DNA of 64,000 nt, taken from assembly GCA_020184695.1 (NCBI GenBank), contig JAANOX010000132.1, forward strand, positions 37,331-101,330, given 5' to 3'. The stretch is from Histomonas meleagridis 2922-C6/04-290x (Eukaryota; Protista; Parabasalia). Under the pieces are notes generated by a model that saw only the letters and a list, made by a program, of their open reading frames with translations, searched no databases and was not told where the DNA came from. Made by a program: the position numbers and the translations under genes. This document shows, in pieces, positions 22,859 to 35,541 of this stretch; position 1 is the stretch's first letter; each line of letters begins with the position of its first letter.

Positions 22859-23875
22859 TCAATATTGTGCACGATTATTCATTTTGCAAAATAGAGGTGT
22901 ATTTGGATCAGGGAAATACACAGCAAAATCATTAGGCACTTTGTCCAAAAGCTTTTTCACTGTTGTCATTGGAATTTGGTGCATATGAATTGATGCAGCT
23001 TTTTTCACAGGACATGGTCTTAATCCATTTTTACCAGGAACTAAGTAGTAATACTCGGGGCATTCCTTAATTTGGCTGTAATCATCGTCCAAGATTTGGT
23101 CGACTTGTGATATTGGGAAAGTGACAATGATGCGATTAGTTTGGAAATGTTCAAGGTCAATATTAATAGATTTAATGAACCAACCAAGAGCAACATCATC
23201 AAAACCGCCTTTACAAGCGCCGATAAATGTGTCTATGTTTTCAACAAATCTTTGCATGGCTGCATTTGAAAAAAGCCACCCGGCTCCACCTTGTGGATAA
23301 AATTCATGGTTAAATTCATGGTAGTTGTATGCAAGTAATGGAACTTCCATGGGATCACCTTCTTTCTCTAGATCGGAAATGAGATTAAGCATGGCCGAAA
23401 GATTGATATATGAATCATGTGTACCTCGGTAATACCATTTGACATTTTTGTGATGCTTTATAAAATGTTTCCATGTACCTGGTGTACGTATGCATAATTG
23501 TGTATCATCTGTAAATGTGGTGGAATTTTCTGGATATATTTCGACATTAATCCCTGGTATATTAAGAGGTCCATCAGAAACATAATGAAGGTAATATTCA
23601 CCAGAAAATTGTTGTAATTGATACTCCCAAAAATTCCCTCGTAGGTCTTCTTTTTTATCAATTTTTTGCTTTGCACCAAGTATAATATAAAATGCAATAG
23701 ATGCATTCGAAATATTTTGAATTATATCAGATTTTTGGTTACATATAAATTTAGAATTTAGAAGATCATGAGAATTAAATCTGAAAAAAGTAAGAACAGC
23801 AAAGCAAGTTAGAGCAATAAATGTGAGAATTAAGTTTTGAATCTCTAGATTTGATGTTTTAGGTTTTGATTTCAT
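22859..23875 (-). CDS. GT31/Fringe-like glycosyltransferase (type II membrane protein)
   Basis: N-terminal TM; KWYYRGTHDSYIN, PQGGAGWLFS, FDDVALG, ASIHMH motifs. Confidence 0.7.
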   Translation of the reverse strand: MKSKPKTSNLEIQNLILTFIALTCFAVLTFFRFNSHDLLNSKFICNQKSDIIQNISNASIAFYIILGAKQKIDKKEDLRGNFWEYQLQQFSGEYYLHYVSDGPLNIPGINVEIYPENSTTFTDDTQLCIRTPGTWKHFIKHHKNVKWYYRGTHDSYINLSAMLNLISDLEKEGDPMEVPLLAYNYHEFNHEFYPQGGAGWLFSNAAMQRFVENIDTFIGACKGGFDDVALGWFIKSINIDLEHFQTNRIIVTFPISQVDQILDDDYSQIKECPEYYYLVPGKNGLRPCPVKKAASIHMHQIPMTTVKKLLDKVPNDFAVYFPDPNTPLFCKMNNRAQY

Positions 23876-24383
23876 GTTGGATGAAGGAACCTTAACGGCT
23901 TCCTAAATAAACGTGTTTGCCCGATAGGATAAATTGACTCAATAACGATTGCATTTCATTTAATTTTTTAATTGTATTTATCGTTTAATCTTCAATCATG
24001 AATACAAATCCATTGAATGAATAAAAATAAATTTCAGCCAACACATAGTAGTAACGAACCAACTAGCATCGATAAAATAACATGTTATTGTAAAAATTTA
24101 ACACTTAATAAACAAATGATAATCAATTATGATAAATTTATCATAATTGATTATCATGATGTAATTGGTTTAGATTATATTGACACTTTTTAATAATTTA
24201 AAACAGAGTTAGTCAATGAAGTTTTGACAAATTTGACAGTTGCATATTTACGTTAATAAAGTTTTTAATTTGTCTTACAACGCTGTAAACTTTGAACTTT
24301 TTCAAATTTAGATTTCAGTCCATTATAATCGTTTTAGCGGTACAATTTTATTAACTTTCATAAAAAACGAGGTGTTTTCCTTA

Positions 24384-26574
24384 ATGAAAGAAATTACAAA
24401 TCAAAAATTCAAGAAAGAATGGGAAACGCTTTTGACAATCAAAAAAATAATTTTTGATACTGATATTGGAAATATTAATCAAATGGCCAATTTGATAATC
24501 AACAAATTTGATGAAAATAATCCAATATCTTTTAACATGATTGTTAGCCATATGGTATACTTGACCTTTATATTAGGTATGAATTATTTTGATATATATT
24601 TGGATCTTATAAGAGAAATTGAAATTTTTGAGGAAAATAAAAAAATTAGTCCAAAAATTTTAAAAGTATTTATCAATATTCTTTTTGATAATGATACACA
24701 AGAATCAAGTTATCTTCTTGAGAAAATGGTTGAACAAAATTTGATTGAATCTAATATTATAAAAAGCAAAAAGAAGCCATATTTTGTCCATTATATGTCT
24801 GATGAAGAAATTAAAATAATGCAAAATCCAGATATTGCGTGGTTACAAATTCTAGGAAACATTGGAGAACTGAGAAAGAACGATTGGGAACTTCAAAAGA
24901 AATATGTTAAAGAAGGAATTAATCCGAATAAAATTGCAAAAATAATCCGAAATGATAACATTGAAAAACTACAAAAGATATCATCGCAAACAAGTTTTAA
25001 TTTTAATCAAATAATTAAACCATCACTTTATGAAAGATGTTCATTTATTAATGAAGAAAATGTTTCATTAATTAATTATGCAGCATTTTTTGGATCAGTT
25101 AAATGTTTTAAATATTTATTATTAAATAATTCTAAATTAATAAATACATTGAAGTATGCAATTGCAGGTGGAAATCTTGAAATATTTCATTTATGCGAAC
25201 AAAATCATTTGTCATTTAAAGGTGCATATGAAATTGCAATTAAATTTCATCGAAATGAAATTTTTCATTATTTACATGAAAATAAAATTTTAAAAATTAA
25301 TAATATAGAAGAATTAGGTAAAATATGTGTTTTATATCATAATTATGAAATTTTTACATTTTTGATTGAAGAAGGAATGAAAATTAATGATTCAATGATA
25401 AATGAATCGGCAAAAATTGGAAATATATTTTTTATTAAATATTTCCTTAAGAAAGATTTGATTCCAAAAAATATTTTACTTTTTTGTTCAGAATCAGGAA
25501 ATATTGAACTCGTTAAATATGTTTTGGAACAAGAAGGAAAAATTGATATAAATGCTAAAAATAATGTCTTTTTAGAAATATTTCTATTTCATAATTTAAT
25601 TTGGGAATTATTCGAATTATTTTATACACCTCTTATAATTGCATCTGAAAAAGGACATACAGATATCGTTAAAATACTTCTTGAGCAAAATGGAATTAAT
25701 ATTAATGCTAAAGATATTTATTTGTTTTGTTTGATTTTGTTTTTCTTCTTATGAAATTTCAAAATAATATTTGGATATTCCTTTAAAGTTATGAAACTGC
25801 ACTAATGAAAGCATCAAACAATGGATATATTGAAATAGCTAAATTACTTCTTAAACAAAATGGTATTGATATAAATGCTGGAAGTATTTGTTTCCTTTGT
25901 TTGAAGTTTGGCTAAATAATTTTTGGTTTTAAAAAAGTTATTGGAAATTGTTCAAATCGTTTTGGACTCCATTGTTTTTTGCATCTATATATAATCACAT
26001 TGAAATAGTTAAATTACTTCTTGAGCAAAATGGGATTAATATTAATGCTAAAGATTATTTGTACAAGATATTATTTATTTTAATTTTTTTATATTTTATT
26101 TTGGAATTTGGAGAATATTGACATTATTTAGAAATTATTCAAATTATTTAGTACTGCTCTTATGTATGCATCTCAAATTGATAATACAGACATAGTAAAA
26201 TTACTTTTAGAACAAAAAGGTATCGAAATAAATGCTAAAAATATTTATTTGTTTCATATAATATTTATATTAATAATTTGATATTTTATAATGATTTTTG
26301 GAATTTATTTTATATGTATAATACAGCATTAATATTTGCATCTGAAAATGGTCAAATAAAAATAGTAAAAATACTTCTTGAACAAAAAAAAATTGATATT
26401 AATGTGAAAAATATTTATTTGTTATTTTATGATATTTATATTAAAAATTTGAGGCATAGTTGTAATGTTTGGTAATTATATAAACAATATGAAACAGCAC
26501 TTGGAATTGCTACTAAAAATGGCTACACAGAAATAGTCAAATTATTAAAGCGAAAAATAATTAATTGGTTATAA
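24384..26574 (+). CDS. DUF3447-like + ankyrin-repeat protein, interrupted by about 24 17-nt inserts (ankyrin gene 2)
   Basis: Restored hairpins KNNSGYTPL, KDDEGETAL, GSELGWTPL, KNNDGNTAL, KNDEGETAL; terminal stop at 26572-26574. Confidence 0.78.
25566..26490 (+). other. Array of 17-nt inserts (gene 2)
   Basis: Spacing from D codon to the G-position codon is 40, 57, 57, 74, 57, 58 nt (6+17n, one +1); Gly to next codon is 17 nt each time. Confidence 0.85.
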
Positions 26575-27070
26575 ATATCATAAATAAATTTGTGTGTATA
26601 TTCATTTGTTTGTAAAATTATTCCGAATTATATGTTATGATATAGCTTTGATAAATTAATTTCTCATTGTAATGTTTTTACATTGCATGACAAACTTCAC
26701 TCAATCCACTGTTTTATTCAAATCTTATTAATGTCTGCTTTTCATGCATTAAAAAAATACATTTATTATTTAAAATATTAGAACAGTGATAAGTTGTATA
26801 TTTGAATTAAATATATACTAAGGGGGGTAGGGGAAAAAAAAAATTAAATTCGAAATTGCTTGATATAAATTAGTTTATATATCTCATAATTCTACAAATT
26901 AAAACGTCACAAAAATCGTATTTCTTTTGTTCCACTACTGGTTATACTCGTAATTTACCTAAAAATCCATCAGCAAGCGTTCAAAATCTCGATCCGCTTT
27001 TTCATAACATAACCGGTTTATAACGCATAACCGCCGCATTTGAATCAAACACCCTCTTAACCCGATTTGA

Positions 27071-27078
27071 AAACGGTT
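27071..27078 (+). promoter_or_regulatory. RCGGTT (trichomonad M3-type) core promoter motif
   Basis: AACGGTTT upstream of copine ATG 27105; also before DRC1 (47832), delta-COP (53701) and twice before Vps45 (59152, 59161). Confidence 0.55.
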
Positions 27079-27104
27079 TGTTACAATTAACCCCATTCTT
27101 CAGC

Positions 27105-28739
27105 ATGTCGATTGCTTATGGAATGTCTTCGATGCCCGCAGCACAATCAAACAAAATTGATACTGGAACACATGGGATCTCCAACGATACAGTAATTAAT
27201 AGTGCATCACAAGAATCAATTTTGAATATTCACGTTGCTTGCAAAAATCTGATTAAACTTGATAAAACAAGCCAATCTGATCCAATGGTTGTAATGTTTG
27301 TGCCAATTAATGGCAAGTATATTGAAATTTCTAGAACAGAAGCTATTATGAATGATGCCAATCCAACATTTGTAAAATTCTTCCAAGCTGCATACATATT
27401 TGAAACCCAACAACCACTCCGCTTTTGCATTTACGATGTTGACTCAGAAAAGGCACCATTAGAAAAACACGATTATATTGGATTTGTAGATACAGATGTA
27501 CAAAACCTTGTTTCGACCACATCTCGTGATATTACCTTTGAGATTCAGCATCCAACAGCCAAAAACAAGAGAGGAACTCTTGTTTTAACAGTTGAACAAG
27601 CATCAAATTGTGGCACAGTTTGTAATTTCACAGTTGCATGCAGCGGCCTCAAGAAGATGCGTACCTTTTCCAAGGATTATCCATACTTCCAAATCTCCAA
27701 AATCAGCAATGGCAAAAATATTCCAGTATTCCGTTCAGAAGTTGTTCCTAAGACATACCAATGCACATTTAAAAACTTCCAAGTGCCACTTCAAAACATT
27801 GCTGATAATGAAGATGATGCCAATATTTTATTAACCGTCATGGATTATCGAAAGAATCATCCAGACGAAGTCATTGGTTCTATCCAACTCCCCTTACAAA
27901 CCCTTAAGAGCAGTGTTGGAACCACATTTGAAATCGAAGGAAAGAATAAGAGGAAAACGGGCCGAATTCGAATCATCAATTTCTCAATAGTCAAGACACC
28001 AACATTCTTTGATTACATCCGTAGTGGTCTTCAACTTAATCTTATCACTGCCATTGATTTCACCGCATCCAACCGTGCTCCTACGGATCCACGTTCCCTT
28101 CACTTCATCACCGAAGGCCATTTGAACCAATACGAGTCGTGCATCTGGTCCGTTGGGTCTGTTGTCTGCCCGTACGATAGCGACCAAGCATTTCCTGTTT
28201 ACGGTTTTGGCGGCAAAATAAACGGTGTCGTATCGCACTGTTTCCCATTAACATTTGATCCAAGTAATCCTAATGTTCAAGGGTTAGAAGGGATTGCAGC
28301 CGTTTATAGGAATTCACTTAAGAGTGTTGTCTTAAGTGGCCCAACATTATTTGCGCCAATCATTACTGCTGCATCACAAGTTGCACAAGAATCATTTGAA
28401 TCATCAAGAACTTACTCAATATTAATGATCCTTACCGACGGTGTAATTAATGATATGCCCGAAACAATCGATGCAATTGTCGCCGCTTCTGATTCCCCAC
28501 TCAGTATCATCATTGTGGGTATCGGATACGCAAACTTCGCGTCAATGGATCAACTCGACGCTGACGAACACCCGCTGAGGTCAAGAAGCGGAGTGACAAT
28601 GAAAAGAGACATCGTGCAGTTCATCCCTTACAGCAAATATGAGGCGCAGGGAGGAGTCGGCCTCGCGCAGGAGCTGCTCGCCGAAATACCAAAGCAAGTG
28701 CACCAGTTCTGCTCAACACATGGCTATATTCCTAATTAA
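27105..28739 (+). CDS. Copine (two C2 domains + vWA)
   Basis: DKTSQSDP, NPTFVKFF, QPLRFCIYDVD, AIDFTASN..P..SLH, FPVYGFGG, GPTLFAPII, PLSIIIVGIG, RDIVQFIP. Confidence 0.95.
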   Translation: MSIAYGMSSMPAAQSNKIDTGTHGISNDTVINSASQESILNIHVACKNLIKLDKTSQSDPMVVMFVPINGKYIEISRTEAIMNDANPTFVKFFQAAYIFETQQPLRFCIYDVDSEKAPLEKHDYIGFVDTDVQNLVSTTSRDITFEIQHPTAKNKRGTLVLTVEQASNCGTVCNFTVACSGLKKMRTFSKDYPYFQISKISNGKNIPVFRSEVVPKTYQCTFKNFQVPLQNIADNEDDANILLTVMDYRKNHPDEVIGSIQLPLQTLKSSVGTTFEIEGKNKRKTGRIRIINFSIVKTPTFFDYIRSGLQLNLITAIDFTASNRAPTDPRSLHFITEGHLNQYESCIWSVGSVVCPYDSDQAFPVYGFGGKINGVVSHCFPLTFDPSNPNVQGLEGIAAVYRNSLKSVVLSGPTLFAPIITAASQVAQESFESSRTYSILMILTDGVINDMPETIDAIVAASDSPLSIIIVGIGYANFASMDQLDADEHPLRSRSGVTMKRDIVQFIPYSKYEAQGGVGLAQELLAEIPKQVHQFCSTHGYIPN

Positions 28740-29083
28740 ACACCAAAAGAGTTTTGAATCGTTTTTTATGTAAATTGCGAAAACGAATTTTGGAAATCGT
28801 AACGAAAGTGGTGACGCAATTTGCAATTGATTGAAGTTTCCTTCAATTATTTCTGATGAAGCTGAAAATGATTTTGGATGTGCTTGATAGAAATATATGT
28901 TTTGACTTATGATATACCACAAATGATAATTCATCAGCTTCTGGAATAAAGTTCTAACGGTTAGTGCTTTCCATTCAAATATTGTGGCAAAAGCCGATCT
29001 CTTTGTGAAAAGTTATTTTACGACCATTCAATTCTGTGAGCTGATCAATCTTTCAGTGAAAATGGACATGTTATGTGAAATAA

Positions 29084-30040
29084 ATGCTAGCTTTGGTTTT
29101 TCTCCGTTACACCTTACAATCTTTTGCGCACGAGGAGACAAGCTTTTTGAACTGGATGAAAGAAAATTCATTATGTTATACAGGAGAAGATTATTTGAAA
29201 AGGCTTGGAATATTTATTACAAACAAAAGAGCGGTACAAGATTTTAATAAAGACCATCGTTTTAAGTTAAAACTTAATCAGTTTGCTGCCCTTACAAATT
29301 CTGAATATCAGAATCTTATCCAATCCAAATATCCATTTAAAATGCCAGAAAATCCAATAACAGAAAGCCATAATTCCTTTACGCCTGATACTCTCGATTG
29401 GCGTGACTTTGGAATTGTTAATCCTATAAGAGATTTCGGTTCAGCTTGTGCAGCATCTTGGGCATTTTCAGCAATTGCCTCACAAGAATCAGCTTGGGCC
29501 AAGAAGCATGGTGATCTTTACAACCTCTCTACCTCAAATATTATCGATTGCTGTATTTATTCATATGGTTGTAATGGTGGCCATCCATTTGATGCATTTC
29601 AATATACCAACGACTATCAAAGCGGCCAATTTATGCTTGAATCTGATTATCCATACACAGGGACTCAAGAAACCTGCAAATTCAACGCATCAAAAGCTGT
29701 TACGCGATCTAAGAATTTAGTGATTGTTAACCTTGACGATGAAAAAGATATGCAAAGCAAATGTGCCGAGTACGGGGTAATGTGCGCATCCATTGACGCC
29801 TCATCCTTTGCTTTCCAACTTTATTGCAGCGGAATCTTCGACGACGACAGATGCTCAAAATGGCAAACAAACTTAGCCGTTTGCGTCGTGGGATACGGAG
29901 TCGACGGAGATGTGCCTTACTGGATACTTCGGAACGCGTGGGGAACATCGTGGGGAGAAGATGGATATATGCGGCTGAGAAGGAATAAGGATTCAATGTG
30001 CGGCATCGCGTCAATGGCATTTGTGCCATTGGCTGAGTAA
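29084..30040 (+). CDS. Papain-family (C1A, cathepsin L-like) protein with substituted catalytic residues
   Basis: I29-type prodomain (LNQFAALT..EY), LDWRD, GCNGG, VVGYG, YWILRNAWG..WGEDGY. Catalytic Q, C and H positions read F, S and L. Confidence 0.85.
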   Translation: MLALVFLRYTLQSFAHEETSFLNWMKENSLCYTGEDYLKRLGIFITNKRAVQDFNKDHRFKLKLNQFAALTNSEYQNLIQSKYPFKMPENPITESHNSFTPDTLDWRDFGIVNPIRDFGSACAASWAFSAIASQESAWAKKHGDLYNLSTSNIIDCCIYSYGCNGGHPFDAFQYTNDYQSGQFMLESDYPYTGTQETCKFNASKAVTRSKNLVIVNLDDEKDMQSKCAEYGVMCASIDASSFAFQLYCSGIFDDDRCSKWQTNLAVCVVGYGVDGDVPYWILRNAWGTSWGEDGYMRLRRNKDSMCGIASMAFVPLAE

Positions 30041-30639
30041 TAAACATATTGTCCCAATAAATGTTTCTCTTTCGATTTGACGTGAAATATGAATATACTT
30101 CTTTTGGTTCTTAAAAATAAATTCGAATGGATTAGAATTAGTGTGCAACAAATGTTTTTAAGTTTATAGTTGGAAATATTCTCCAAATCTAAGATTTCAT
30201 TTTAATATTAATTTTATTATGTTAAAATTATATATATTAAAAAGAATATTATTTTTAAAGAAATTTCATTCGATTAAATGACTTTTTAAGCTGATTAATA
30301 AAATAGAGATAATTTGGTATATGGTAATGAATTGGCTAAATAATAACGAGCCAATCCATCATTATGGATTCGAAACATTAATACAAACTGAACTCGTACA
30401 TACTTAATTAAATGTATTTGAAGATTAAACTTAAAAATAAAAATTCATTAATCAAAAAATATAGATACTTATTCTTTTATTTGTTTACATATCACAAATT
30501 TGATATTGTAAATAAAATTGACAGAAAAATAGAAATATTCAAGTGATCGAAATAAGTATATAATCTTCAATTTATCAATTATTTCAATGGAATAGTAAGA
30601 TGTTTACTATTCTTAATTCAAACACTCAAGTAAATTTAT

Positions 30640-30970
30640 TTTACTAAACAAATTGTAGTACTAAATTAGAATGGTTTTTATATCTGAAAATGTTAGTTAT
30701 ATTGATTTCTATGCATTTAGTAATTGAACATCCTAAATTATATTCATTTTAATTGAGAAATTAAATATAAATACAAAATGATACATTTAATAGAGTAAAT
30801 ACAACATTAGTTATATAGTCAGAATTATATCAAACCTAATATTACTAAAGGAGCAATAAACGATGAATGCCTTCTATCAAACATATTTTCTAACCCAAAT
30901 GCATTAATAAATAATAACACATTTTCTAATTCGCTTACATTTTCTAACCCTGCTTTATGCACTAAATCAA
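30640..30970 (+). pseudogene. Decayed BspA-like fragment
   Basis: ISENVSYIDFYAFSN*, NDTFNRVNT and TFSNSLTFSN fragments with stops and frameshifts; boundaries approximate. Confidence 0.45.
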
Positions 30971-31101
30971 AAATAACAAATAATATTATTCAAGCATGTG
31001 CTTTTTATCACTTATATAAACATTTTTTATTATACATTGATAAAATCTTATATAATTGGATTTTTGAATATTTATTCACATTATTGAATAATATACATTG
31101 T

Positions 31102-33137
31102 TTATTCTCCTTCTTTTTTCTCATTTATCAATTTTACTAATTCAGAAAAATCTTTTTCTAATGCTATTGTAAGTAAGTTCGAAATAATTTAAATAAATAC
31201 CAAATATTAATTTTAAATATTAAATTATTCAAATAAATATCAAATAAAACAAATAAATATTTTTAACATTAATATCAATTCTTTCATGTTCACCAAGTAA
31301 TTTAACCACTTCTGAGTGACTATTTTTAGATGCTAACTTAATTGCTGTCCAAAATAATTTAAATAATTCCCAAATATTATTCTAAAATTTCAAATTATTA
31401 AAATAAATCCTAAATCAAACAAATAAATATCTTTTGCATTAACATCAATTCCTTTTTGTTCAAGAAGTAATTTAACTACTTCTGAGTGGCCATTTTTAGA
31501 AGCAAACATAAGTGATGTCCAAAATTATATCAATTAATTTGAAAACAAACAAATTAATATTTTTCATGTTAATATCAATACCTTTTTGTTCAAGAAGCAA
31601 TTTAACGACTTCTGTATGACCATTTTTAGATGCATACATGAATGCTGTAAAAAATAATTAAAATAATTTCCAAATATTATTTTAAAGCTTGAAATCATTA
31701 AGTTCAAAACGATTTTTAGTATTAATATCGATTCCTTTTTGCTCAAGAAGTAATTTAACTACTTCTGAGTGACCATATTCAGATGCTGAAATAAGTGCAG
31801 TATTAAATATTTTAAAGAATTTCCAAACATTATTTTAAAATAGCATATTATAAAAATAGACAATAAATCAAAAAAAATTTAATATTTTTAGAATTAATAT
31901 CAATTACTTTTTGATCAAGAATACATTTTACAAGTTCAATGTTTCCTGACATTGAAGAATAAACCAAAACATCATTTGGAAATAGTTTTTCTTCAATAAA
32001 AGGCTTAAGAATAAACATATTTCCAATTTTTGCAAATTCATTTAGAAAAGAAATCGAAAACTTCATTCCTTCTTCCAACAAAAACAAAAGGATTTCATAG
32101 TTATAATACATTATACATTTCTTTTGTATTAATTCTAATTCCATATCTTCATAAAGTTTATTTTCATAAAGATAATGGAAAACTTCATTTATATGATATT
32201 GAATAGTAATATCAATTGTTTGTTTAAATGATAAATGATTTTGTTCACATAAATGAATGATTTCAAGATTTCCACCTGCAATTGCATATTTAGCTGTATT
32301 ATTTACATTAGAACCATTCATAAGTAAATATTTAAAACATTTAACTGCAGAAAAATATGCAGCATAATCAATTAATGAAACATTTTCTTTATTAATAAAT
32401 GAACATCTTTCATAAGGCGATGGTTCAATTGTTTGATTAAAATTAAAATCATCTTGTGACGATAAATCTTGAAGTTTCTCTATTTCATCATTTCGAATTA
32501 TTTTTGAAATTTCATTTGGATTAACTCCTTTTTTTAACAATTGTTTATGAAGTTCCCAATCATTCTTTGAAAGTTTTTTATAATGTTGTTTATAGTAACC
32601 TGAAAAGGGTAAATAAAAATTAATGTTTTTGATTCCTTTTACTTTTAAATAATGTAAGAAATTTAGTGATTTTTTGTATACAATTTTTGGTTTAATATAT
32701 TGTAATTCTATAAATTTTTCGAGAAGATAAAATGATTCTTGTGTATATTTTTTAAGAATTAATGCAATAAAAATATTAATAAGTTTATTATCATTTTTAG
32801 TGATTTCTTCTTTCTCTTCAATTTCTTTCATAAATTGGAAATAAATATTAAAATCTTTTTTTTGTGATACAAATGACGTATAAATTAATTGACTAATAAC
32901 CAAATTAAAAGAGTACGGATAATTGATATCATACAAACCCATGATTAAGGGTGTTGATGTTGACATGTTTTCTTCATTTAAATTAATAATTATAGATTTG
33001 ATCGTTTGAAATTTTAAATAAATTTCTTGAATTCCATTGGGCATTTTTAAAATTTCTACATCCTTACTATTTGCGATTTGATTTAATTTCTTTTTGTCTG
33101 AATTTTTGGTTGAATTATTGCTTTGTTGGTTTCCCAA
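31102..33137 (-). CDS. DUF3447-like + ankyrin-repeat protein, about 17 inserts (ankyrin gene 3); start ATG and last repeat each one base off
   Basis: Restored hairpins KNIAGNTAL, KNRQGFTAF, KDREGWTAI, KNDNGRT. Start reads ATTGGGAAAC instead of ATGGGAAAC; 1-nt deficit near 31170. Confidence 0.65.
31182..31883 (-). other. Array of 17-nt inserts (gene 3)
   Basis: Same spacing rule on the minus strand; one insert is 19 nt and contains a long T run. Confidence 0.82.
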
Positions 33138-33865
33138 TGTATAAAATGTGAAATAAAGCTATCAAAAGTTTTATTATGAATTTACAACTTCCTCCTAATC
33201 TTGTTGACCGTTTATAACATTCGTACCACCATTTTTATTGCACATCCCACAATGATTTTTGTTATCTTTAATATAATTTCATATGATAGTATGATATTTA
33301 AACCAGTGAACATCATGTTAGAAATTTTTTCAATTTTGTTTTTTGTTTAATGAAATGAAATTCAAAAAGGTCAATCGATTATTATCATATCTGAATTTTT
33401 TTAGATTAGCAGTTGTAAATGATTTAAAGGTATGTTCATTTAAGAAAATCAGTATAATTTTGATATTCATTATTTATAATAAAAAGTTATTACATATTCT
33501 AATATTTTTTTATATCACAGCATAAAAATAAATAAACTTAATTTAAAAATATATAATATCCTGTAATAATTTTATTATTATAACAAAATTAATCAAGAAA
33601 AAAATTACATTGATGATTATTATCCTTTGGAGCTGAAGCTTGTTTCACATTAACAATTATTGTTGACATTTTTGTTGATTTCATGAACGTTAATTTTGTC
33701 AACTGATGTTTCATAGAAAATAAAATCATTTGCTACACTCAGTTCATCAATTGAAACTTCACAATAATTTCTATATTTGTATTACAATTTTCCCTAAATG
33801 AATTAATAATTTTTCATATGAATTACCAAAAATATCAAAATTTGTAACAACACAAACTATTTTAT

Positions 33866-35116
33866 TCAATTGCATAACACATAAACATTACCACCAGTAT
33901 CACCGCAGACTATAGAAAGCGATGAAATTGATGAATTTCCGATGAAAGCCGCCGATGTCACATTCGTATCCTTCAGTTTGAAGCCTTCGCTCGTTTGCGA
34001 TCTTTCTCTCGAAAAAGAGTTTTTCATGAACTTCGCCTTGAAGTATCTTTCGTGGTCTATTGGGTATATGTATATTGCTCCTTTTTTTTCACTTGGAATC
34101 ATGACAAGATTTTGATCAGATGAACATGACATCTGAGCTTGGCCTACTTCAGCCACATGCCCAATGTATTTTCTGATCAATGAGAAGTTATCCATTGAAT
34201 ATAAACGAATTCGGGAATCATTTGTTGATACAAATAATCGATTATCATTTATATATACTAATGATGTAACTTTCTCACTGGGTTTATGTACTTTTTTACG
34301 AGGTCCTGCTACAAATTGTGTGACATATTGGAATTCTGGATAAGAATAAATGTAGCAGAAGCCGTTAAAACAACCGATAACGATAGAGTGGCCATCGGGC
34401 GAAAAAGTGCCGGCGGTTGGAGCAGAAGTAAAATCAATTGTTTTTATGATTTCACTTTGCTTTATGTTCCAGACAAGAACATAGTTTGGAAATGTACACG
34501 CAAAAAAAATAGATGGATCACTGGGATGGAATGAAACTGCTGTGACAGAATCTTCATGTTTGAAAGTTGATAAAGACTTTGTTTGTGTAGAGTGCCATAG
34601 CTTCACAGAACAATCAAGCGATGAACTAATAAGAAGATCATCATCTTTGGAAAAATCTAAACAAGTAATATCTGATTTATGTTCTTCAAAATTTGATAAT
34701 TGTTTGACTTTTTTTGTTGTGGGATCCCATGAAAATAAAACAACAACGCCGCATTCATCACCACTAGCAAAATATTTTCCATTTGGTGATGATTTAATGC
34801 AGCGAACAGATCCATTATGACATTTAATTGATTGAGAAATTACAGCATTGTTAAAAAAAGCATTTTTTTTGTTTTTGAGAAAATGCCTTGGCTTTATTAT
34901 TTTTGTCTGTTGATTATCACCCATTGATACTGAGTATTTCTTACTAGCTTCTGACGACACGTATTCTTCTATACTGATAATTTCACCTGTATCAAGATTT
35001 TTGATCTGTAGAGAAGAGTCCATACCACCGAGCATTTTCTCCTTTTTTGAATGGTTTACATTTATCATCACCGGAGATGAGGGTACCGAAAATCGAACCC
35101 TCCACAGTAATTTCAT
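33866..35116 (-). CDS. WD40-repeat protein (WDR44-like)
   Basis: CHNGSVRCIKSSPNGKYFASG, EHKSDITCLDFS, SSSLDCSVKLW, STNDSRIRLY. Confidence 0.8.
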   Translation of the reverse strand: MKLLWRVRFSVPSSPVMINVNHSKKEKMLGGMDSSLQIKNLDTGEIISIEEYVSSEASKKYSVSMGDNQQTKIIKPRHFLKNKKNAFFNNAVISQSIKCHNGSVRCIKSSPNGKYFASGDECGVVVLFSWDPTTKKVKQLSNFEEHKSDITCLDFSKDDDLLISSSLDCSVKLWHSTQTKSLSTFKHEDSVTAVSFHPSDPSIFFACTFPNYVLVWNIKQSEIIKTIDFTSAPTAGTFSPDGHSIVIGCFNGFCYIYSYPEFQYVTQFVAGPRKKVHKPSEKVTSLVYINDNRLFVSTNDSRIRLYSMDNFSLIRKYIGHVAEVGQAQMSCSSDQNLVMIPSEKKGAIYIYPIDHERYFKAKFMKNSFSRERSQTSEGFKLKDTNVTSAAFIGNSSISSLSIVCGDTGGNVYVLCN

Positions 35117-35282
35117 AACAACCGCTTACAATAAAGGTACACTTTTTTACTTGTTCTGTCGTCCTTTTATACAAAAAATTTATGGGAAGTAACGGAACAA
35201 AGCGTATTTATATATTATTGAATAAAAAATAACATATACAGATAAATGTACTTTGGTAATAGCATAAATTTATAGCTAACAA

Positions 35283-35484
35283 ATAAAAAGAAACATACAA
35301 ATAAAAAAATTGTTTTTTTTGATATTCTAAATTATTATTTTATTATTTATACGCATCATATTTCATATTATTTTAAATGCACTTTGATAATAACATATAT
35401 TTATGGATGTTGAATATAAAGAAACATACAAATAAAAATTGTTTTTTTGATATTCTAAATTATTATTTTATTATTTATACGCAT
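35283..35484. repeat. About 70-bp AT-rich direct repeat, two copies, intergenic
   Basis: aacatacaaataaaaa..ttgttttttt(t)gatattctaaattattattttattatttatacgcat near 35290-35356 and 35422-35484. Confidence 0.8.
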
Positions 35485-35541
35485 AATATTTCATCTTGTT
35501 TTAAATCCTTTTACAACATAAAATTAATTAAAATATTATTT

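Noticed and set aside
26821-26834. G-rich tract as a G-quadruplex
   Set aside because: Only two G runs.
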